Shown: piece after piece, positions 52,833 to 63,123 of the stretch
Layout of the letters: every line of letters begins with the position of its first letter
How positions within the stretch are numbered: the first letter of the stretch is position 1
Sequence record: OP172792
Length of the DNA: 64,000 nucleotides
Direction: 5' to 3' (one strand)
Origin: Escherichia phage ECO340P2
The notes under the pieces: generated by a model
What the model was told of the DNA's origin: nothing
Seen by the model: the letters and a program-made list of their open reading frames with translations, nothing else
Database searches by the model: none
Position numbers and translations under genes: made by a program

Positions 52833-52999
52833 TGGGAAATGGTATCATGATTTGCTATAAAATTGTGCGTATTGTCGGAGACGAAGTTACCACTCGGTAT
52901 TTTATGATAGAGTCTCAAGCCGATGAGGTTTACAATGACTGGCTTGAAAAAGGTGGATACGATTTTGTATCTAAAGAAACTTTCCGTTTAGAAGTATAA
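52832..52999 (+). CDS. hypothetical small protein (55 aa)
   Basis: hand-translated ORF with GGAGGAAG RBS. Confidence 0.45.
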   Translation: MGNGIMICYKIVRIVGDEVTTRYFMIESQADEVYNDWLEKGGYDFVSKETFRLEV

Positions 53000-53009
53000 G
53001 GAGAAAACA

Positions 53010-53228
53010 ATGCGTAAATTAGTGAGCTTTAATGTTTCAATTCTTGTTGATGAACAAAATGAAGATGTTATTAAAGGTCTTGCAAATAAGATTGCAGGTG
53101 GAATGACGGAAGCTGAAGTGTGGGAAGAATGTGCTCGACTTTATGAGGAAGGTGTTATTGAGGTCTTAGGGGATGAGATTAATATGGACGATGTTGTAAA
53201 AGTAACTGTGGAGCGTATCAATGACTAA
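53010..53228 (+). CDS. hypothetical small protein
   Basis: ORF with AAGGAG RBS. Confidence 0.5.
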   Translation: MRKLVSFNVSILVDEQNEDVIKGLANKIAGGMTEAEVWEECARLYEEGVIEVLGDEINMDDVVKVTVERIND

Positions 53229-53814
53229 ATCAAAACAAATCAATATTGCCAAAGAAATTCTTACCATATTAAAGATCGCTGATCCTAATTCTGTCTTGGC
53301 TGGCGGTGCTGTTCGTGATTGGCGTATTCTTGATATTGCTGGACGTGATCTGGATTTCTATACATCCCTTCCTGCACATCGGACTGAAGAACAAATACAA
53401 GGATTAATTGCATCTGCTTTAATGGGAACCAATATTCGTAAACTAGGAAACAAAGAGGCTTCTGACAATTATGAAGGTGTTACTGGTCTTAAACACGTTT
53501 TTGAGTTTGAACGTGATGGTCAGCTTTGCAACCTTATGATTATGGAACCAAGCGTAATGACAACCTTTCTAAATGAGTTCGATCTGTCCATCTGCCAGGC
53601 TGCATTTGATGGGAAGGACTGTTATTATTCTAAAGATTTTGAAACAACCTTGGAAACAGGGATCTGCTTCTTGCACAAAGATGTTAGAGAAGATGCCAAA
53701 CATGTTATTAAAATTGCTACACGTTTCCCATATCTTCGTTTTGTGAAAGAGGTTAAGGTTCCACGTCCACCTCAAGTAGATACCAGATTGGAAGAAGATG
53801 ATATTCCTTGGTAA
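53221..53814 (+). CDS. minimal nucleotidyltransferase of CCA-adding/poly(A) polymerase head-domain type
   Basis: LAGGAVRDWRILDIAGRDLDFY matches GGxVRD...D.D signature; only 197 aa. Confidence 0.5.
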   Translation: MTKSKQINIAKEILTILKIADPNSVLAGGAVRDWRILDIAGRDLDFYTSLPAHRTEEQIQGLIASALMGTNIRKLGNKEASDNYEGVTGLKHVFEFERDGQLCNLMIMEPSVMTTFLNEFDLSICQAAFDGKDCYYSKDFETTLETGICFLHKDVREDAKHVIKIATRFPYLRFVKEVKVPRPPQVDTRLEEDDIPW

Positions 53815-53821
53815 TTAAAGC

Positions 53822-53851
53822 TTGACAATATTAAACATTTTATGATAGGAT
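53822..53851 (+). promoter_or_regulatory. promoter TTGACA-N18-TAGGAT
   Basis: hexamers read directly; ATG of next gene about 9 nt after -10. Confidence 0.45.
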
Positions 53852-53859
53852 AGCATTCA

Positions 53860-54252
53860 ATGACTGAACGTTCTAAGATAGCTGTTGAAACTGTTTATGG
53901 AAACTATACCAGTTTGACACTAGTTGAGAAAAATGTTGTAGGTCTTGACAACTCTTTTTATTTTCAAATTTTGGTTATTCAAGGTGGAAACAAGAAGCTA
54001 ACTGCTCGTGTCGAAACATCTGAAATAATTGAAACCACTGTTACAAACAAAGAATTCATTTCACTGCAAGATACAATCCGAAACGTTATAGACGAAGAAG
54101 GCAAAGCTGCCACAATTAAACTCGGAGGTTTCCCAGTGCAAATAGTTCATTTTCCTAATGGTGAAATTGGAGTTGGAATAGGTAAAGGTAAATACCTGTT
54201 AGAGCAAGATGATATGGAAAGACTCCGCTCTTTCTGTGCAAAATTAATGTAA
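53860..54252 (+). CDS. hypothetical protein
   Basis: ORF; no obvious RBS. Confidence 0.5.
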   Translation: MTERSKIAVETVYGNYTSLTLVEKNVVGLDNSFYFQILVIQGGNKKLTARVETSEIIETTVTNKEFISLQDTIRNVIDEEGKAATIKLGGFPVQIVHFPNGEIGVGIGKGKYLLEQDDMERLRSFCAKLM

Positions 54253-54268
54253 TGTAGAGGAGATAATA

Positions 54269-55201
54269 ATGTCCGTAATTAATACTGAAACTGATCGTAA
54301 AGGCAAAACCGTAACTTATGCAACTGGTATCGTAGACTACGTTAAACTGGATAAATTCGCTGAACCTAAAACTTTCCATTGGGAAGGAAAAACGATTGTT
54401 TCAACTCACCGAGCTTCTCTTGTTCTGAAAGAGAAAGGTGCTAAACCAGATGAGAAAGGTGTTTGGATTTCTCTTGGTGACATTGAACTGAAAGAAGGTT
54501 ATGAAAACCTGCAAGTCAAAGAAGGTGATAATTGGATCACTATTGAAAAAGGTGTAGAAGTAAGTATTGATATTGATCGCGTTGATAATAAAGGCGGTAA
54601 AACTTACTACAATACTAAAAAATCTCGTATTACAGTATTGTCTACCGAGGGTGTTCAGAAGTCTAACAAATCTTCTGGCAATAAAGGTTCCAACGATGCT
54701 GCTCCTAAGCAATCCTATAAAAAACGTGATACTGTAGGTCTGGAAACTGGTCACGCAGTAAATGGTGCACTGGAACTGATTCGTAATGGTGTTAAAGGCG
54801 ATGCTTTCGATATCGCTGGGGTTGTTCAATCTGCAACTGTCACGCTGAAATCGGAAATTGCTGAATCTCGTGGCGTTGATATTAATGATTATGATCTTGG
54901 GGCATCTGTTGGTCACGCTATCCTCAATGCTTGTAAAGACCATACCATTAAGACTGTATCTGTAGAAGATTTGATTGACTCTGCTCGTAAAGTTCTAGCT
55001 TTGTCTGATAAAGTTGCTGCTGCCATTCGTGGTTCCGTAGAACAACCTAAGAAAGAAGAGAAGAAAGAAGTTAAAAAGCCTGAACCACAACCAGAACCAA
55101 CTCCAAGCAATCAAGAAGAACCTCCAATGGACTTCGATGATGATATTCCATTTGCTCCTATTGGACTGCAATATGGTCGAAACTTCCTGCATTGCTTCTA
55201 A
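54269..55201 (+). CDS. SSB-like protein with acidic DDDIPF motif
   Basis: C-terminal region PMDFDDDIPF resembles SSB acidic tail, followed by 15 more residues. Confidence 0.45.
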   Translation: MSVINTETDRKGKTVTYATGIVDYVKLDKFAEPKTFHWEGKTIVSTHRASLVLKEKGAKPDEKGVWISLGDIELKEGYENLQVKEGDNWITIEKGVEVSIDIDRVDNKGGKTYYNTKKSRITVLSTEGVQKSNKSSGNKGSNDAAPKQSYKKRDTVGLETGHAVNGALELIRNGVKGDAFDIAGVVQSATVTLKSEIAESRGVDINDYDLGASVGHAILNACKDHTIKTVSVEDLIDSARKVLALSDKVAAAIRGSVEQPKKEEKKEVKKPEPQPEPTPSNQEEPPMDFDDDIPFAPIGLQYGRNFLHCF

Positions 55202-55235
55202 GGTTTGTTTCAAGTGCGTGAGGTTGAATGCTGAA

Positions 55236-55267
55236 TAAAAGAAAGGAGCCAAATGGCTCCTTTTCTT
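55236..55267. terminator. bidirectional terminator GGAGCCaaatGGCTCC between convergent operons
   Basis: 6-bp stem with T-runs on both strands. Confidence 0.7.
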
Positions 55268-57938
55268 ATTTATAACCCGAAGGAATATTATTATAATCAG
55301 AAAGTTTTGTGCAATACCTGAATAGGTAACTATTAGCTACTCCGCCTAATGTATTTGTTAATGTTGTTCCTGTTCCTGTAAGATTTGTGCATCCACTAAA
55401 GAAAGAAGATAATGCTCCACGTTTACCACAAACAGTTAACCCTGGGTTGTCATTAAAGATTTTATTAAAATCTGTAAGTGCTAAACAACCTTGGAATGTA
55501 GCTGTTAAAGAGGTCACTTTCGTTGGAATATTATCAAACATTCCTGCTGGAACTTCTGCAAGAGAGGTGCAATCTTTAAAGGTGTAAGAATATCTTGTAA
55601 CTTTTGATAGATTCTTAAATAAATCTGAAGGAATAGATGTTAAAGATGTACAACCTTCAAACGTGCTTGACATTGTTGTCATTGAAGGAAATAAAGCATC
55701 ACTGAATAATCCTTCAGGGATAGCTGTCAAACTTGTGCAGCCAGAGAAGATACCGCTTATAGATGTTCCGGTGTAAGATGTGTTACTAAAACAATCAGAA
55801 GTTATTCGTCTTAAGTTAGCACAACCTTTTAAGAATTGTGAGGCTGGGCTTGTAGAATAACCAATTCTGTTGCCGCCCCATAATTCTAAAAGATTTGGAT
55901 TTGCTTCCATAGACACATCAACACTATTCACTACTGAAGCACTTGCAAATTCAATAGCCAGTCTATATTCTCCTGCTGGATAACTATCCACTGTAGAGAA
56001 AGCTTTATTTCTAAATATTACTTTATTTGAAGGTATTACAACGTCATCCACTTTAACTACAAAGTTAGCTGGTGTGACAGTACCCGATAAAATTGGGAAC
56101 GTAATTGCCCCATCTGCCGAGTGGTTGAAATATCCGTTTAGAACCGTTAAACTACTACTCGGAGATGGAGCTAACTCCTTTCCCGCAACAGCATTCACCG
56201 TTAAATAAGAACTATCGGAAGCGGTAACAACACCTTGATACGTAGCTGTGCAACCAATCCTACAACCACCATCACCAACACCAGTTATTACACCAGTTGT
56301 AGGATCTACTGTAGCAACACTAGAATCTGTAGTTGTATATTCAACAACCATGCCAGGTAAGCTTGCTGCCCCTGTTGGCGTTATTTCTGCTACCATTGTT
56401 TGTGTTGTTCCTACATCCATCGCAGATAAGCTAGGGGTGTAAACACTCAATGTTGAAGCATATCCTCCAGAGGTATCTGATAAAGTTGTTCCTTCAGCGT
56501 TTAAGGCTGTCATACCTGCATCAAAACCACCTTCTGCATGGAAAGTCATTAAACCAGTAGATGATATTGTCATGTTTGCAGGGGCAGAAGAAGTGTATTT
56601 AATATTGAAAAGTTTACCTCCTTCTGGGCTAACAGAATGTGTCAACTGTTTAGTTCCACCTACAATACAAACTCCTAAAGAATCTGTAGTTAAGCTAGTT
56701 GCCAGCACATCTCCCGTAATCACAGAGCTTGCTATCGGTGTGAATTTATTATAATTTAGACCACTGTTGAACAGATACGAGGCTTTCCCATCTTTCCAAA
56801 TACCGGAATAATACATATCCCCGTTATAAACGAAAAAGGTTCCTTGATAACCTAATTGGTTAGTAATATCCATATTCAGCGTATGAACGCTTGTGAGCTT
56901 GTTTATATCCCAAGAACCCACTCCTTCAGGTTTAACTGGTTTTCCCACTTGGAGTGGATCTCCGCTCGCAGAATCATACCCCAAACCTAAGTTTGCAGTG
57001 TAGTTCTTACCAATAGCCCACAAGGAATTGTTGATCCCAACGAAAAAAGAGTGGCGGCTTGGTGGAAATTTCCATGTTGAGAAACCTGCTGCAAAGGTAT
57101 CCAGTTTAGTGTAGGTTGTTTCTGTATTAGACCTGACATATAAGTAGTTTACCGTGCCCGTACCACCAGAGGTGTCTCCTACAACTATTGTCTGGGAAAC
57201 TGTATTGATGTAATCTTTGACATACACTGTTTCAGTAGTGGATATCGTGGCATTGACAAAAGCGGTTGTTGTGTTATTATTACCTGCTAAACCTTTACTA
57301 GCTCCACAAACACGCAAGGTTCCCACATTGTTGACATAAGAGCATTGGTTGTAACCTGCATCAAAAGCAACTGCTGAACTTGTTATCTGACGAGGAGTAG
57401 AAACTTCGTTAGTAGTGCTTGCACCTAAACTACCTACTGTGTTTTGACCCGATCCATAAAGAACACCGCTATTCATTAACCAGAGAGTATTGTTATACCC
57501 TCCTTTAACCTCTTTAAGATTGGCTAAAGAAATAGTCCCTGTTATTACAGATGGAAAGCTGGTCCAAGTAGTTACACATGCATCCGTACCACCTGCTGCT
57601 ATAGATCCTACCAACCCTGCTGTCAATCCTGAATATTGCCATCCCCCACTGTTAGTTTTAATAACAAAACAACGATCTGCGGTAAACACATCCGCTACTA
57701 CAGTAGAAGCTAAGTGGAAATTATTGAATCGTGCACTACGAGTTCCATCTGCAATCTCACCAAAGAGGTTTGCGCCTTGAGTAAACAATCTACCATCATT
57801 AAGCAAAATTGCTAAACTGTTGTTAGAATTACCAGCGTTATCTGGGTAATCTAAAGTGATTACTTTTTTAACAATACCTGCTGGCAGAGGAACGACACCA
57901 GTGCTGGTCATAATAGTAAATATTGGAATTGGAAACAT
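55266..57938 (-). CDS. tail fibre / receptor-binding protein with C-terminal BspA-type leucine-rich repeats
   Basis: repeats F.GCTSLT.IP..LF near C-terminus; Gly/Thr/Ser-rich body. Confidence 0.5.
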   Translation of the reverse strand: MFPIPIFTIMTSTGVVPLPAGIVKKVITLDYPDNAGNSNNSLAILLNDGRLFTQGANLFGEIADGTRSARFNNFHLASTVVADVFTADRCFVIKTNSGGWQYSGLTAGLVGSIAAGGTDACVTTWTSFPSVITGTISLANLKEVKGGYNNTLWLMNSGVLYGSGQNTVGSLGASTTNEVSTPRQITSSAVAFDAGYNQCSYVNNVGTLRVCGASKGLAGNNNTTTAFVNATISTTETVYVKDYINTVSQTIVVGDTSGGTGTVNYLYVRSNTETTYTKLDTFAAGFSTWKFPPSRHSFFVGINNSLWAIGKNYTANLGLGYDSASGDPLQVGKPVKPEGVGSWDINKLTSVHTLNMDITNQLGYQGTFFVYNGDMYYSGIWKDGKASYLFNSGLNYNKFTPIASSVITGDVLATSLTTDSLGVCIVGGTKQLTHSVSPEGGKLFNIKYTSSAPANMTISSTGLMTFHAEGGFDAGMTALNAEGTTLSDTSGGYASTLSVYTPSLSAMDVGTTQTMVAEITPTGAASLPGMVVEYTTTDSSVATVDPTTGVITGVGDGGCRIGCTATYQGVVTASDSSYLTVNAVAGKELAPSPSSSLTVLNGYFNHSADGAITFPILSGTVTPANFVVKVDDVVIPSNKVIFRNKAFSTVDSYPAGEYRLAIEFASASVVNSVDVSMEANPNLLELWGGNRIGYSTSPASQFLKGCANLRRITSDCFSNTSYTGTSISGIFSGCTSLTAIPEGLFSDALFPSMTTMSSTFEGCTSLTSIPSDLFKNLSKVTRYSYTFKDCTSLAEVPAGMFDNIPTKVTSLTATFQGCLALTDFNKIFNDNPGLTVCGKRGALSSFFSGCTNLTGTGTTLTNTLGGVANSYLFRYCTKLSDYNNIPSGYK

Positions 57939-57949
57939 TTAAACCCTCC

Positions 57950-57975
57950 ATAAAAAGAAAGCCCCTTTCGGGGCT
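57950..57975 (-). terminator. intrinsic terminator GCCCCgaaaGGGGC + TTTCTTTTT
   Basis: GC stem plus T-run on minus strand. Confidence 0.7.
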
Positions 57976-57979
57976 TCTG

Positions 57980-60004
57980 TTATCGTGTTACAACAACCAT
58001 GTCCACGACATTACCCACACCAGGATACGTTAATTGCAAAATTGTTACTGCGTTAGCAGTAGTTGCTATTTCTGTATCATTCAGTGCTCCATAAGACGCA
58101 TCTAGTGTAACCGTGTGTCCCGTTGTATCTTGAATCAAATAAATCATTGCTGAAAACGCTTTAGGCTTTGTAGAGCCAGTGACACCAGGCCATGCTCCAA
58201 CTGTCAGAGCGTCAGTTACTGTAACAACATACATATTGGAAGTTCCAGAAGGAGTCCAAGATGCTCCAGAGTTGGCAGTAGTTGTTTCAAGTTCCATGAA
58301 ACCTGCTGTAACTTTAGTTGGTGTTATAGCTTCTGTAGGATCTGATCCTGATATTTCGATCCAGTTTCCATCAGAACGACCATACGTCAAGCCATCTTGA
58401 GGGGCTTCTGGTATACTAGGAAGAGTGCCTATAAGTATCCACGTAGAAGAATCTGTTTTCTTAAACACTGCTCCAGTGTTAGTATTGAAGGCGTAATCAT
58501 TGATAACACCGTCTCCTGCGACTGGATTAGTTGTTGCTACAAACCACTGTGCGCCGTCCTTACCGTTGGTCCCATCAGTACCATTGGTTCCGTTTGTTCC
58601 AGGATCACCCTTATCTCCTTTATCCCCTTTTTCACCTTTGTCACCTTTAATACTTCCCATGTCAACAAAAGATGCGGAATTAGTGTCTTGATCGTAGGTA
58701 TAGATGTAAAGATTACTAGTGTCTTCAGTTAAATAGGCATCACCATAGTTATTATAAACAGGGAGAGCTTCACTGTTCGGAACATGACCTTTAGCTGTAA
58801 TTGATGTTCCTCCAAGACTGCCAACATTCATCCATTCCGTAGCATCTTGAATCCAAACATACAAATCATTATTAATTTTATATGCATCACCTACTTCTCC
58901 AGTAGGAGGAAGTTCAGCTTCACTGTTCAGAACCCCGATAATCTCTAAGCCTGATCCTGTTGCACCCACTGGTCCTTGTGGACCTAGTTCACCTTGTGGA
59001 CCTCGCTCTCCTTGATCACCCTTGTCTCCTTTTGGACCTTTAAGTGAGGCAATAAAATCTACTTCTGTCCCTTCATTACCAGCATCCAGCCAACTTTGAT
59101 ATGCAGATTTCCCTTCATCTCCATCTGTTCCATCAAGACCGTCTTTACCTGCCTCACCTTGTGGACCTTGAGGACCAACAATATTACCCATGTTGACCCA
59201 AGCTGTCCCATTAGAGACATAAAGATTACCATTGATAGAATAAGCTTGGCTTACGTTTTCAGAGTTAGGTTGTGGTAAGTTACTTGTAGAAGGCAAATCC
59301 CCACGATAATCAAAACCGTTGGCGTTAACACCAGGTGCTCCCTGTGGCCCTGTAGGACCAACATCACCTTTATCACCTTTTATAGAGGTAAGAAAATCAT
59401 AAACAGATCCTGTATTACCATCTGCCAACCATACCTCGTAAGCTGATTTACCTTCTGGCCCAAGAGAAGAAATAAGTTTCCAAACAGAACCATCCCAAGC
59501 GTAGATTACATCACCTACGATATAACCATCCCCTGCAACGTTACCTGTGGATGGTAGTTCACTAGTGCTTGCTAATGATCCTTTAATATTAAGTTGAGCA
59601 CCAGTATCCCCTTTCAAAGAAGCAAGCCATTGTGCTTCTGTTCCAACAAAACCATTATCAAGTGCGATCTGATAAGCCGATTTACCAGCTTCAGGTATTG
59701 TTTCCGACAGATCATCAATTTGTTGCTGCATTGCCGTAAACTTGGCATTGATAATTGCTATATCATCAGCGGTCCCAACACTTTGCCATGCAAGGGAAGA
59801 AATACCACCTGTGGTGGCTGGCGTAGAGTTTGCTGGAACTACTTTAGGAAAAGTTCCTTTCCATTGGTAATAATTCCCTTCTGCTGCTAACAGCAAAACT
59901 TCACGGGAATTACGTAATGTAAAACCTGCCTCAAAGCTGCGACGTTTTCGATAAGTAGCTTCTACCAGATCGGCTATCGCACTATTAGGTCTTGTTAAAT
60001 TCAT
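57980..60004 (-). CDS. collagen-like tail fibre protein
   Basis: multiple G-X-Y runs (GDKGDQGERGPQGELGPQGPVGATG) and repeated KSAY(E/Q)..WL..G modules. Confidence 0.6.
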   Translation of the reverse strand: MNLTRPNSAIADLVEATYRKRRSFEAGFTLRNSREVLLLAAEGNYYQWKGTFPKVVPANSTPATTGGISSLAWQSVGTADDIAIINAKFTAMQQQIDDLSETIPEAGKSAYQIALDNGFVGTEAQWLASLKGDTGAQLNIKGSLASTSELPSTGNVAGDGYIVGDVIYAWDGSVWKLISSLGPEGKSAYEVWLADGNTGSVYDFLTSIKGDKGDVGPTGPQGAPGVNANGFDYRGDLPSTSNLPQPNSENVSQAYSINGNLYVSNGTAWVNMGNIVGPQGPQGEAGKDGLDGTDGDEGKSAYQSWLDAGNEGTEVDFIASLKGPKGDKGDQGERGPQGELGPQGPVGATGSGLEIIGVLNSEAELPPTGEVGDAYKINNDLYVWIQDATEWMNVGSLGGTSITAKGHVPNSEALPVYNNYGDAYLTEDTSNLYIYTYDQDTNSASFVDMGSIKGDKGEKGDKGDKGDPGTNGTNGTDGTNGKDGAQWFVATTNPVAGDGVINDYAFNTNTGAVFKKTDSSTWILIGTLPSIPEAPQDGLTYGRSDGNWIEISGSDPTEAITPTKVTAGFMELETTTANSGASWTPSGTSNMYVVTVTDALTVGAWPGVTGSTKPKAFSAMIYLIQDTTGHTVTLDASYGALNDTEIATTANAVTILQLTYPGVGNVVDMVVVTR

Positions 60005-60040
60005 TTATCTCTCCTATCATTAGACCATTCTATTGGAAGA

Positions 60041-60060
60041 AGAGGGGGGATTCCCCCTCT
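60041..60060 (-). terminator. possible terminator hairpin GAGGGGGGAttCCCCCTC
   Basis: GC stem; weak T-run. Confidence 0.4.
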
Positions 60061-60066
60061 ATTCCA

Positions 60067-63000
60067 TTAGGTTGTTGGCACATCTACTACTGGCGTTGGG
60101 CGAATAACCGCAGTATTACCTACAGAAACATTACTGGAATCATTAGGTATGGTTTTAATTCTAACTCCAGCACTTGTAGGCGTTACAATGGGATCTGCAA
60201 TGTCTATTTTAACTGGGTTAGTCCACGTATCATTATCTTGATAAGGTGCACGAGTAATAACTGTGTCCAAATCTGCTCCACCTACGCCAGCACCAGGAAT
60301 ACGGATACGTGTCCCTGCTGACAGAGGGTAATGATACAACCAAGAAGCATTTGTTGCTGTCCCGTTAGGAGTCAAGTTCTGTGTCAGGAAGGTATCTCCT
60401 GCTTGTGTAGCTCGAATACCGAAAGCTGGGATATCTGGAATATATGCCCCACTTGTTGTTACAAGGAAGAACGTATTATCCGCCTTGACTATCATATCAC
60501 CTTTGTCAAACTCTTTCCCTGTTGGGAAATGCATTCCATCAATGTTTCGACTAGGATTAGGCTCTAAGTAATAAACTTTGCCCGTTGTCCCTACAATAGC
60601 TCCAATACCACCTGCGATATTGGTATACATATTAGCTTCAACATTACAGTTGACACGATGAATATCCGAGTAACGGCAACGGCTCCACTGTGGACGACCA
60701 GTAACCATCGTCTTGCCATCTGGGTAACAGTTTACGTTAACCATTTCAAGAACAGATTTTTCTCTACGGAAGAATCCATCATAAAATGTCCCTGGACCAG
60801 ATTCAGGTTGACCAACACAATCGAAGATATTACAGGTGATGTTAGACATTGAAAGCCAAGAAGCTATACCGAACAACTGCAATGCAGCGCAACGAATATT
60901 TTCAAAGCTAACTCTGTTTTCATAACCTGGCCCAGCGGAAACTCCCGCAAAAACACGCCCAGTTTTGGTGTGAATGTTACGAACAGAATAGTTAAAGCAT
61001 GGGTTTGAAGGTCTACCCTGTGCCGGAACTACCGGATTACCCTCTTCGTCCAGAACTGCGTTAGTTCCCCACTCCAAATAAATCATACGGATATTACTTG
61101 CAAGTGTGCTACCGTCTGTTTTAGGCTCTCCATAAACACCGTCAATCGTAAAATCTTTACTTCCATACATTACAACTGCGCCAGTTGCCAAACCTGTCCC
61201 AACAGATACAGTCTGGTCTGGATCGCCATGAATGTTTTCGATAGAGATATTACGACCAACTTCTACGTGGACAATCTGACGACAACGTTTTGCAAAAACG
61301 TTACGAATTGTAATATTCTTGCAATATTGATCATCAGGGATTCCGTAACCATATGGTCCTTTACCAGCTACACCGATACCGATACCCCAGTTGGACAGAG
61401 GAATAGGAGCGTTAGTCCCATCGATATTAGACAGGTAAATATTCTCAATCACACAACCATCGTCATAATGTTTATTGATGACGTTCAGTTCTATTGCATC
61501 ACCTTGCATGTCCATGAAGGTAAGGTTACGGAAGACACCACGTGTTACTGGTTCCCCTGTTCCTTGTTGAAGGATGCCGTACAACCCGTTTTTAAAAGTA
61601 CAGTTATCAATTTCAAAAGTACCTGATATTGGGTTGCCTTGGAATACCAAGCTACCAACTTGACCTGGGCGAGGAGCACCGTCCCACAAACAATCGAACA
61701 TGCGCACAGCACCACCCCAATACATAACACGAGAGTTACGGAAAGTTGTGCCTTCTACTGTAGCATTCTGCACACGATAGTCGCGTTGACCACGGAACAC
61801 ACCACCACGCAAAGTGATATCTTGAATATCAAAAGAGCTTGTCGTGAAAGTCATATCGCAACCGTAAGCATCGAGAATCTTACTTTTCGAAGCTTTTGCT
61901 GCTAACAGTGCCGCCTGGAAAGCTGCTTCTGGTGTGGTATAGGTAGTTGTATTGTTAGCAAATTCGGACAAGTAAACAACATCGAATAAATCGTTGTATG
62001 TTCCACCACGAGGGGTTAACAGTCCTTCTGTATTAGTTAAAACCCATGCATTTGGACCTAATCCACCGCTTGTCTCCAATGTATCGGAGGCCAAAATACT
62101 TTTTGGTAAACTTCCAGCCCAACGATAACGACCAGCACCACGTCCAATCGTCTGATTTTTAGCTGTCAGAGTTACGTTGTTACCAAAGCTTGTAGGCAAA
62201 TGAACAAACTGTCCACGTTCAACAGCTAGTGCAGAAAGATCTACAGACCCCCCAGAATAAGTCATTACTCCAGAAACAGACAAGGATGTTAAAGTTCCTG
62301 TGATGTTAGGAGGTAATGTGTAGGAAGACTGTGCTACTGGATCATACAGAGCTTTAATCCCTGTTAACGATTGACCTGCTGTTGCGTAAGCCACCTCATC
62401 ATCTAACAAACCATATTTACGAGCAATAGTTTGCAGAGGGACTTTATCCATGCTTTCTGTTAGTTCTTCCGTTTTTGTTTCTAAACTAACAAGACGGTTC
62501 TCTAGATTAGGATCTGTATCTGCTGAAGCTACGATTTTACCAATATAAGCAAAAAGCTTGTTTGGCAGTCCTGTTGCAGGATCGTGTCCCAAAGGTTCAG
62601 ATAAGATGATCTTACTATCTTCTATACGGAAAGCTTCCCCCAGAACCTGAATAACACCATTGATCGTAACAATAGCACTATCAAAGATGTAAGGAGGACT
62701 AATTACTGTTTCATAACCAGTTGCACCAGAATATACCCAAGGGGTGACTTCTGTTGCCAATTGTTCTGTCTTCAGTCCCCACAATACCCAGTTGTTATCT
62801 CCTACTGGAGTCCCTTGCATAGGGATAGGGTTAACCAATGTAGCGTTAGGAGCATAGTAATAACCGCTCAATACTCCATTCTGGAAATAACGAAGTTGGT
62901 TAAAAACCGTTTCATTTGTGCCTTGCGCCCAATCCAATGGGCTTTTAAAGAAAAAGTTATCAACAAGGGCTTTTCTCAGGGTTGGTATCAATCCTGATTC

Positions 63001-63120
63001 TGTCTCAATACTTTCTGTCGCACTTCCATTAATAACATCATGAAGTTGATTGGACGAGAAAATAACCAGATCTACGCCCTGTTCAAGAGACGTTGCTGGA
63101 TACGTTGGGAATGTTGCCAT
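60067..63120 (-). CDS. tail fibre/tailspike protein, probable right-handed beta-helix
   Basis: 1017 aa; Asn/Gly/Thr-rich repeats such as NITIRNVFAKRCRQIVHVEVGRNISIENIH. Confidence 0.5.
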   Translation of the reverse strand: MATFPTYPATSLEQGVDLVIFSSNQLHDVINGSATESIETESGLIPTLRKALVDNFFFKSPLDWAQGTNETVFNQLRYFQNGVLSGYYYAPNATLVNPIPMQGTPVGDNNWVLWGLKTEQLATEVTPWVYSGATGYETVISPPYIFDSAIVTINGVIQVLGEAFRIEDSKIILSEPLGHDPATGLPNKLFAYIGKIVASADTDPNLENRLVSLETKTEELTESMDKVPLQTIARKYGLLDDEVAYATAGQSLTGIKALYDPVAQSSYTLPPNITGTLTSLSVSGVMTYSGGSVDLSALAVERGQFVHLPTSFGNNVTLTAKNQTIGRGAGRYRWAGSLPKSILASDTLETSGGLGPNAWVLTNTEGLLTPRGGTYNDLFDVVYLSEFANNTTTYTTPEAAFQAALLAAKASKSKILDAYGCDMTFTTSSFDIQDITLRGGVFRGQRDYRVQNATVEGTTFRNSRVMYWGGAVRMFDCLWDGAPRPGQVGSLVFQGNPISGTFEIDNCTFKNGLYGILQQGTGEPVTRGVFRNLTFMDMQGDAIELNVINKHYDDGCVIENIYLSNIDGTNAPIPLSNWGIGIGVAGKGPYGYGIPDDQYCKNITIRNVFAKRCRQIVHVEVGRNISIENIHGDPDQTVSVGTGLATGAVVMYGSKDFTIDGVYGEPKTDGSTLASNIRMIYLEWGTNAVLDEEGNPVVPAQGRPSNPCFNYSVRNIHTKTGRVFAGVSAGPGYENRVSFENIRCAALQLFGIASWLSMSNITCNIFDCVGQPESGPGTFYDGFFRREKSVLEMVNVNCYPDGKTMVTGRPQWSRCRYSDIHRVNCNVEANMYTNIAGGIGAIVGTTGKVYYLEPNPSRNIDGMHFPTGKEFDKGDMIVKADNTFFLVTTSGAYIPDIPAFGIRATQAGDTFLTQNLTPNGTATNASWLYHYPLSAGTRIRIPGAGVGGADLDTVITRAPYQDNDTWTNPVKIDIADPIVTPTSAGVRIKTIPNDSSNVSVGNTAVIRPTPVVDVPTT

Positions 63121-63123
63121 TAA

